Below are positions 24,671 to 30,280 of a DNA stretch of 32,000 bases, piece after piece. Within the stretch, counting starts at the first letter, position 1; every line of letters begins with the position of its first letter. The notes below the pieces were generated by a model. It saw only the letters and a list, made by a program, of their open reading frames with translations. It was not told the origin of the DNA and ran no database searches. This stretch comes from Candidatus Nanopusillus acidilobi (lineage in GTDB: Archaea; Nanobdellota; Nanobdellia; Nanobdellales; Nanobdellaceae). Location: contig CP010514.1 in the NCBI GenBank assembly GCA_001552015.1, positions 300,001-332,000 on the forward strand. Direction: 5' to 3'. A program made the translations under genes and the position numbers.

Positions 24671-25357
24671 ATAATTTTTTAATAATTTAATTTTATTTCT
24701 AAGTTTTTCATTTTTTATCCTCTCTATTTTATCATTATCTAGTCCCATAGTAATCCATATTAATGAATCTATATGTAGTAATGGTATATTTGTTTCCTTT
24801 GATAATTTTATCCAATAATTTTTATCTTTGCTAATTTTCCCAATTCTATTATCTATTGGTATAAATATTTCAAATGGGAATATTATTTTATATCCGATAA
24901 TTCTTAATCCATAACCATAAATTTTTGTTGAAAATACTATCGTCTTATCATAAATATTTTGTACCATTACTTTTGCAATTTCTGAATTAAATTTAACTAA
25001 ATCATCTTTATAAATTAATAAATCTTTGTCTTTAATCCAATTATAAATTCTATTCAATCTTTTTATCTTTATTTCTTTATATCTTCTATTATATAAATCT
25101 ATAAAAGATAAAAAATTGTTATATATATCATCATTATGCTTAGAAAAATATATAGAAAATATTTTCCAGAATTTTTCTCCCTTATATGATAATTGAAATG
25201 CTAATAAAGAATTTATTACAATAAGCTTCAAAAATAAATCCTGATTTTTTATATTTTTATATAAAAATTTTAGATATTTATATTGTAAATCATAATTTTC
25301 TTCAAAATATAATATTTCTTCAATACTAAATTTAGATAAAATATCTATAAGATCCAT
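24647..25357 (-). CDS. AGOG-type N-glycosylase/DNA lyase (archaeal 8-oxoguanine DNA glycosylase)
   Basis: Colinear with my recollection of Pyrobaculum AGOG: INSLLAFQLSYKGEKFWKIFSIYFS (cf. LNALISYRLTGKGEEHWEYFGKYFS), KTIVFSTKIYGY (catalytic-Lys segment, cf. KTLVFTIKILNY), FPFEIFIPIDNRIGKI (cf. LPFDIPIPVDYRVARL) and ETNIPLLHIDSLIWI. Confidence 0.8.
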   Translation of the reverse strand: MDLIDILSKFSIEEILYFEENYDLQYKYLKFLYKNIKNQDLFLKLIVINSLLAFQLSYKGEKFWKIFSIYFSKHNDDIYNNFLSFIDLYNRRYKEIKIKRLNRIYNWIKDKDLLIYKDDLVKFNSEIAKVMVQNIYDKTIVFSTKIYGYGLRIIGYKIIFPFEIFIPIDNRIGKISKDKNYWIKLSKETNIPLLHIDSLIWITMGLDNDKIERIKNEKLRNKIKLLKNYLDNIINN

Positions 25358-25378
25358 TTATTAAAATTTTAAATAAAT

Positions 25379-25386
25379 TATATAAA
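25379..25386 (-). promoter_or_regulatory. TATA-box candidate TTTATATA (minus strand), 29 to 22 nt upstream of the AGOG ATG, overlapping the first base of the divergent gene's ATG
   Basis: Plus strand TATATAAA at 25379-25386. The AGOG start is at 25357 and the divergent ATG at 25386. Confidence 0.4.
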
Positions 25387-25658
25387 TGGAAATAAATAAA
25401 GAGGAATTCTTTTATTATTTGGATAGAGAATATAAAAAATTGGAACTAATATTTAAGAATATAAAGTTTTTAGATAATAGGTTCGAAGATTTCCTTATAT
25501 CTTATTATAAAGATTTAAAATATTTTTATGAGAAAAAAGATTTTGTAAAAGCATTTGAATTGGAAAATTATATTTGGGGAATTCTAGATACATTAATTAA
25601 TTTAAAATTAATTGAAGTACCTGAAGAATATAAAAAATGGTTTAAGTTATTTATTTAA
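25386..25658 (+). CDS. DUF357-like small helical protein
   Basis: YYKDLKYFYEKKDFVKAFELENYIWGILDTLINLKLI resembles the DUF357 core (D-x-x-Y-F-x-x-x-G-D-x-x-x-A-x-x-x-x-x-Y-x-x-G-x-L-D). Its size of 90 aa fits the family. Confidence 0.5.
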   Translation: MEINKEEFFYYLDREYKKLELIFKNIKFLDNRFEDFLISYYKDLKYFYEKKDFVKAFELENYIWGILDTLINLKLIEVPEEYKKWFKLFI

Positions 25659-26822
25659 ACTTTCATATATTCTAATTAATTCATTTAGCTTTGCAATTCT
25701 CTCTCCATTTATAATTCCAAACTTTACAAATGGAACTTCAAATCCAACTGCTAAATGTGCTAATATATTACTTTCAGTTTCTCCAGATCTATGAGATAAT
25801 ATTGGTATAAGACCATTTTCTTTGCAGAATTTTACAGCTTCATATGCTTTAACAACCGAACCTATCTGATTTGGTTTTATTATAACACCCTTAATTGATT
25901 TATATATTAAAGATTTCTTTATTCTTTCTATATTTGTTACAGTTAGATCATCTCCGATAATTAAACTCTTTGTACTATTATTTATTTCTGCAAATCCTTC
26001 AAAATCTTCTTCATATAATGGATCTTCAACATAAAATAGATCATATGTATCTATAAGAAACTTTACATATCTTATCTGATCTTCTCTAGAAAATACTTTA
26101 TTTTTATATCTATAAGAACCATCTTTATATAATTGAGTTGCAGCAAAATCAACTCCAAGATCAACTTTTATATTATAATCCATCTTAACTTCATCAAAAA
26201 CCATTTTTATTATATTAAATACTGTTTCATCTTCAAGAGATGTTGTCCATGCACCTTCATCATTCCTTCCATATAAAAATTTATCATCCAATAATTCCAA
26301 TCTTTTTCCCAATAATTTATGTATATATGATGCAACAAAGATGGATAAAGGTAAATTATCTGTATCTGGAGAAACTAAAAATTCCTGAATATTTGTACTT
26401 CTACCTTTTGCATGGGCACCACCACCAACAACATTTGCTAATATCCTTATATTTATTTTTGGATTTTTATTAAAAAATTGATAAATTGGTTTTCCTTCAT
26501 AATTTGACCATGCTCTTAATATAGCGTATTCTATAGCAATTAATGTATTACCTCCATATCTTTTTATTCCTCCAATTGACTCGAATTCATTTTCAAATTC
26601 TTTTAAATCTTCCAAAGAAGTTATATCAAATGTTTTAAGGAAATCTATTAATTCATTATTAAATAATTCAGCAGCTTTTTTTGGATCTAAATATGTAACT
26701 TCACCGGAACCTTTACTTGCACCTTCGGGAGCAGCTTCTGAATAACCATTTATTTCAACTTCTAGTGTAGGATCTCCTCTAGAATTTAAAACTACTCTTG
26801 CTTTTGCAGATTTAATTTCCAT
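25647..26822 (-). CDS. eno: Enolase (2-phosphoglycerate dehydratase), short form
   Basis: ARVVLNSRGDPTLEVE, EGASKGSGE (variant of S-G-A-S-T-G-x-x-E), GGGAHA, IQEFLV, NDEG, VDFAATQ, YVEDPLYEEDF, IGDDLTVTN, IIKPNQIG, SHRSGETES and GERIAKLNELIRI. All catalytic positions I can place are retained. At 391 aa it is shorter than the typical 420-430. Confidence 0.92.
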   Translation of the reverse strand: MEIKSAKARVVLNSRGDPTLEVEINGYSEAAPEGASKGSGEVTYLDPKKAAELFNNELIDFLKTFDITSLEDLKEFENEFESIGGIKRYGGNTLIAIEYAILRAWSNYEGKPIYQFFNKNPKINIRILANVVGGGAHAKGRSTNIQEFLVSPDTDNLPLSIFVASYIHKLLGKRLELLDDKFLYGRNDEGAWTTSLEDETVFNIIKMVFDEVKMDYNIKVDLGVDFAATQLYKDGSYRYKNKVFSREDQIRYVKFLIDTYDLFYVEDPLYEEDFEGFAEINNSTKSLIIGDDLTVTNIERIKKSLIYKSIKGVIIKPNQIGSVVKAYEAVKFCKENGLIPILSHRSGETESNILAHLAVGFEVPFVKFGIINGERIAKLNELIRIYESLNK

Positions 26823-26878
26823 AAATAAAAATATTTATAGAAGTCATTTATTCTTTTAATTAACTACTAAAAAGTAAA

Positions 26879-27379
26879 TCACGATAGTGTATATCCATTA
26901 GATATTGGATTATCATAATAATATACATAAACAGTAGAACCGGCTAGAGAAGATATTCCAAAACTATTCATATTGACTGTCATATTTATTAGAAATATTG
27001 AATTTGAAGGTATTGTACCATTTATATATGAATTACCAGATGAAGGATCTGTTATATTATATATATAGCATGCCAAAAATCCTCCAGCATTTCCACTTAA
27101 AGCTAAAGGACATTTTTGACTTTCTCCATTGGTAGAAGAAAATTCTACTAAAAGATTATTTGTAACTAATTGAGTAGATCCTATATTTTGGGCTAAAATT
27201 GCTATATTGCCATTTGAGTCATTATAACTTACTTGTAGTATTTCAACTTGAGCACCTAAATTTGTAACTTGCCTACTAACATAACTTCTTGCCCACCCAA
27301 CTATAATTGCACCTAAAGCTACTGTTAGAGCAATTAATATAATTGTTGCAATCAAAGGAGATACAGCTTTTATTTTCAT
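26879..27379 (-). CDS. Archaeal type IV pilin-like protein (class III signal peptide)
   Basis: The N-terminus MKIKAVSPLIATIILIALTVALGAIIVGW is the K-[AG]-[VL]-S-P-[VLI]-I-A-T prepilin motif plus a hydrophobic helix. The remainder is S/N/G-rich with sequons (NDS, NIT, NGT, NMT). Confidence 0.8.
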   Translation of the reverse strand: MKIKAVSPLIATIILIALTVALGAIIVGWARSYVSRQVTNLGAQVEILQVSYNDSNGNIAILAQNIGSTQLVTNNLLVEFSSTNGESQKCPLALSGNAGGFLACYIYNITDPSSGNSYINGTIPSNSIFLINMTVNMNSFGISSLAGSTVYVYYYDNPISNGYTLS

Positions 27380-27401
27380 AATATATTTAAAAATTTAGTA
27401 A

Positions 27402-27409
27402 TATATAAA
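27402..27409 (-). promoter_or_regulatory. TATA-box candidate (GG)TTTATATA (minus strand), 30 to 23 nt upstream of the pilin ATG
   Basis: Plus strand TATATAAACC at 27402-27411. The spacer to the ATG (27379) contains no purine-rich ribosome-binding motif. Confidence 0.45.
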
Positions 27410-27411
27410 CC

Positions 27412-27690
27412 TTATACCTTCTTCTTTATATTTGCTTTTAACCTTTCCCATGGTCTTTTATCTATTAATTTTCCATCTAAAAAAATTGAATAATCATTAA
27501 AATAAAAAATAAATTTTGATATGCTCTTAGGAACTATATATATTTTATCTTTATTCTTTATATAAAATGTATTTTTTGTTTCATCTATTATCTCTCCATA
27601 TATACCTTTTAAACTTTTTATTTTGCAATCATATACTTCTACATTTAATCCAATAAATTCATAAGATAAAAAATATTTATTCAATTTCAT
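27412..27690 (-). CDS. rnp1: RNase P protein component 1 (Rpp29/Pop4)
   Basis: EFIGLNVEVYDCKIKSLKGIYGEIIDETKNTFYIKNKDKIYIVPK...LDGKLIDKRPWERLK follows the Rpp29 Sm-like barrel pattern (L-I-G-L-x-V-x-V, G-I-x-G-x-V-V-D-E-T-K-N-T, V-P-K, G-R-P-E-x-R-L). It sits in the conserved position after SUI1/L29. Confidence 0.85.
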   Translation of the reverse strand: MKLNKYFLSYEFIGLNVEVYDCKIKSLKGIYGEIIDETKNTFYIKNKDKIYIVPKSISKFIFYFNDYSIFLDGKLIDKRPWERLKANIKKKV

Positions 27691-27991
27691 TAGATATTTC
27701 TATATTTTCTTCCTTAAAACCTAAATCTAATAATAATTTCTTTATTTTTTCTCTATGATCTCCCTGTAATTCTATTAAATTATCTTTATATGTCCCTCCA
27801 CATCCCAACTTTTGTTTTAAACTCTTCAATGTTTCTTTTGCAATAGATGGATCTATACCTTCTATAATTGTGACAATTTTTCCATAACTCCTTTTTTCAG
27901 CCCTTACGATAATCTTCTGAAACTCCTTCTCTATTTCTTTTGTTGTATTTTCTAGATCTATTGGAAGACCTGAGAAAAGTTTCTTTTTCAT
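27677..27991 (-). CDS. Translation initiation factor aSUI1 (eIF1 homologue)
   Basis: IIVRAEKRSYGKIVTIIEGID, LKSLKQKLGCGGTYKDNLIELQGDHREKIKKLLLDLGF is the SUI1 domain pattern. Confidence 0.88.
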   Translation of the reverse strand: MKKKLFSGLPIDLENTTKEIEKEFQKIIVRAEKRSYGKIVTIIEGIDPSIAKETLKSLKQKLGCGGTYKDNLIELQGDHREKIKKLLLDLGFKEENIEISNEIE

Positions 27992-28122
27992 CCCACAACA
28001 ATGTTTTCTCTGGCCATTTTCTTTCTTAGATTTCTTATTGCTTTTGTATTACTTCCCAAATTTTTTCTTCTTGCATTGCTTCTCAATTTTATTAATTCCA
28101 ACAAAGTGTTCTGATCCACCAT
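27988..28122 (-). CDS. rpl29: Ribosomal protein uL29, unusually short (44 aa from ATG 28122)
   Basis: LLELIKLRSNARRKNLGSNTKAIRNLRKKMARENIV parallels the L29 core (E-L-x-x-L-R-x-x-x-x-x-G-x-x-x-N-x-x-x-I-R-x-x-R-K-x-I-A-R-I-x-T-V). Its position immediately upstream of SUI1-Rpp29 is the conserved archaeal one. The track ORF extends to 28203 but would then overlap the kae1 3' end by 53 nt, so the start is uncertain. Confidence 0.5.
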   Translation of the reverse strand: MVDQNTLLELIKLRSNARRKNLGSNTKAIRNLRKKMARENIVVG

Positions 28123-28150
28123 TATAATATAATGATTCTCAATATAATAT

Positions 28151-29347
28151 TTAAATTTTATATTCAATATCTTCAGGCCTCCAATATGGATTAATTCCAT
28201 CAATTATATTCATATCTTTTTTATACCATAAAATTCCAGTCCATGCAATCATTGCACCATTATCATTTCCTAAATCTAAGGGAACAGTCCCAAATTTCAC
28301 ATTTCTTTCATTACACATTAAATATAAAATTTCTTGTAACCTCTTATTTACTGCAACTCCACCAGTTAATCCAAATTCTTTCTTATCCAATAAAGATAAT
28401 CCCCTTTCAGATATTTCTGCTAACATTGAAAATACGTATTCTTGAATAGAATATGCTAAATCATCTATATTAATATTTTCCCTTTTTATTATATTTCTTA
28501 TATACGTATATATCCCTCCCAATTGTATATCCATTCCTTTAACAGAATATGGTAATTTTATTAGATTTTTTCCATTTTTTGATAATTCTTCAATTTTTGG
28601 ACCAGCAGGAAATCCAATATTTAATAATCTACCAACTTTATCTAAAAAGTTTCCCACACCCATATCTAAAGTCTCTCCAATGATTCTATATTTATTTCCT
28701 TCAAATGATAATAGCATTGTATTTGCTCCTGAAACCAATAAAATTAAAGGATCAGTAAATTTGTTATATAATTTAACTATTTCAGCATGTGCTATTAAAT
28801 GATTTACTCCAATTAAATTTGAATTAAATATCTTAGAAAATAATTTACCACTAAAATATCCTTGAACTAATGTTGGATATAAACCAGGTCCTGCAGAATA
28901 TGAAATTAAATTTATTTTTCTTTCAAAATCATTTAAATTATTTATATATGAATTTAAATTATTTTCTAATTCTTTATTATCAGAAACTATTTTATTATTT
29001 TCAATCCATATTCTATTATTATTATATATTATATACCTTCTTCTATTCCATGGTTCATCAGAAAATATTTCTTCAGATCCTTCTAACTTATTTTTTATTT
29101 CATATAATGCATCTACAATATAAAATTTACCATCTAATTTCTTAAAAATAAATCCAGCCTTCCATACAGAATTTCTTAAAATATTAATACTTTCCTTTGA
29201 ATGTAATTCTGCAGCTTCTCTTGGATGTATTCCTCGTTTTTCACTTTTATATATTATTCTCTCATTAGAATATATATTTCCATTCTCATCAACAATTCCA
29301 ATTGAATAAGTATGAGCAGTAGATTCTATTCCTAGAGAAATTATCAT
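28151..29347 (-). CDS. kae1: Kae1 (tRNA N6-adenosine threonylcarbamoyltransferase, KEOPS catalytic subunit) with internal insertion
   Basis: LGIESTAHTYSIGIV, RGIHPREAAELH, ISYSAGPGL, IGVNHLIAHAEI (metal His pair), LLVSGANT, GETLDMGVGNFLDK, PAGPKIEEL, LTGGVAVNKRL and DNGAMIAW. At 398 aa versus the usual 325-340, the extra length is residues 66-141. Confidence 0.9.
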   Translation of the reverse strand: MIISLGIESTAHTYSIGIVDENGNIYSNERIIYKSEKRGIHPREAAELHSKESINILRNSVWKAGFIFKKLDGKFYIVDALYEIKNKLEGSEEIFSDEPWNRRRYIIYNNNRIWIENNKIVSDNKELENNLNSYINNLNDFERKINLISYSAGPGLYPTLVQGYFSGKLFSKIFNSNLIGVNHLIAHAEIVKLYNKFTDPLILLVSGANTMLLSFEGNKYRIIGETLDMGVGNFLDKVGRLLNIGFPAGPKIEELSKNGKNLIKLPYSVKGMDIQLGGIYTYIRNIIKRENINIDDLAYSIQEYVFSMLAEISERGLSLLDKKEFGLTGGVAVNKRLQEILYLMCNERNVKFGTVPLDLGNDNGAMIAWTGILWYKKDMNIIDGINPYWRPEDIEYKI

Positions 29348-29733
29348 TGAGATTTTTGAGATTTAAATTCTTCATATATTTGATTAAAATCTTTATTTCC
29401 ATATTCTTCTATTTTAGTATTTATTTGTACAATTTCTTGAGATATTGTATTTCCTCTAACCAATTTTTTAACTCTTACCTTTTTATTTTCATCATACCAT
29501 ACATATTTTTTATTCATTCCTTCAACATAATTTACCATTGGAGCACCTTCAAATCCAGAACCACCAGTTATCCTTAATTTATATCCATCTAAATTAATTA
29601 TTGATCCATCAATTATATCTCCAATTTTCTTACCTACTAAAGATTCATCTTTTGTTTGTACTTGAATAGACTTTCCAGTCTTTGGATCCGATACTACAAC
29701 TTTAAATATAATTTCCTTTCTCTTGTTTGCCAT
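29344..29733 (-). CDS. rps6e: Ribosomal protein eS6 (S6e)
   Basis: FKVVVSDPKTGKSIQVQTKD..LVGKKIGDIIDGSII.LDGYKLRITGGSGFEGAPM is the archaeal S6e pattern. The stop overlaps the kae1 ATG (ATGA). Confidence 0.88.
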   Translation of the reverse strand: MANKRKEIIFKVVVSDPKTGKSIQVQTKDESLVGKKIGDIIDGSIINLDGYKLRITGGSGFEGAPMVNYVEGMNKKYVWYDENKKVRVKKLVRGNTISQEIVQINTKIEEYGNKDFNQIYEEFKSQKSQ

Positions 29734-29778
29734 TTTATATCAATTAAGGAAAATATTTTTATTCTTTAATGAAAAATT

Positions 29779-29786
29779 TTTATATA
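29779..29786 (+). promoter_or_regulatory. TATA-box candidate TTTATATA, 28 to 21 nt upstream of the 29807 ATG
   Basis: The extended string TTTTTATATAAT is the same as at the GT2 promoter (4491-4502). Confidence 0.4.
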
Positions 29787-29806
29787 ATAAATACTCTAAA
29801 TTTATT

Positions 29807-30280
29807 ATGAAGGAGCTATTACATATTGAACAAAATGATGAATTTCCAAATTTTTTTAATGGAATAATATTAAATTTACCAGATACAAATGCAATAAATG
29901 TAATAGATTTTGATTTGAATATAAATACTTATACAAATTTAAAAGTATCATATCCTTTCTATTTTGGATTTATTCCTAGCACTTTTATTGATAATTATCC
30001 ATTATTTTTCTCTTTTTTCTCAGACAAAAAATTTAATATATTTAATTTATTAAAATTAGAACCTCTATACTTTTTTAAAGTTCCAAAAGATATTACAATA
30101 AACATAGTTTATTCAAAATTACCTGATCAAAGTATAAATATAGATAAGAATAGTATTGAAAATATATTAAAGGATTTCTTTGAAGTAGATACTATACCTT
30201 CATTATCAAAACCAATCCATATTTTAGAAAGTACAAACAGAGAATATAAAAGAAAATTTAGTAAAATTAAAAAATTATAA
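29807..30280 (+). CDS. Inorganic pyrophosphatase (family I) homologue lacking the acidic active-site signature
   Basis: Core YPFYFGFIPST (cf. Y-P-x-N-Y-G-F-I-P-x-T), colinear flanks (GIILNLPDTN vs V-E-I-P-x-G-S; ILKDFFE vs I-x-H-F-F-E). However, D-x-D-P-x-D is replaced by DNYPLF. I start at ATG 29807, since the track ORF's 28 upstream codons cross the promoter spacer. Confidence 0.55.
   Translation: MKELLHIEQNDEFPNFFNGIILNLPDTNAINVIDFDLNINTYTNLKVSYPFYFGFIPSTFIDNYPLFFSFFSDKKFNIFNLLKLEPLYFFKVPKDITINIVYSKLPDQSINIDKNSIENILKDFFEVDTIPSLSKPIHILESTNREYKRKFSKIKKL

Noticed and set aside
28925-29152. Intein or mobile insertion as the explanation for the Kae1 insert
   Set aside because: There is no Cys/Ser/Thr at the insert's first residue, no terminal His-Asn followed by a nucleophile, and no endonuclease motifs. 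At 76 aa it is too small, and it sits in a variable surface region rather than a conserved catalytic motif.
1832-29577. Remaining short opposite-strand track ORFs (1832-2119, 2378-2713, 3279-3518, 4085-4429, 6565-6759, 11970-12152, 12432-12635, 12851-13045, 13455-13688, 13794-14000, 15889-16131, 22882-23076, 25612-25794, 26240-26473, 28243-28449, 28870-29145, 29347-29577)
   Set aside because: Each is nested antisense within a CDS that has clear family motifs. All are 60-114 aa of biased composition, and none has independent support.
29723-29806. 28-codon extension of the PPase-like ORF overlapping the S6e start
   Set aside because: It crosses the 73-nt divergent spacer, including the TTTATATA box at 29779-29786. 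ATG 29807 fits the promoter spacing.
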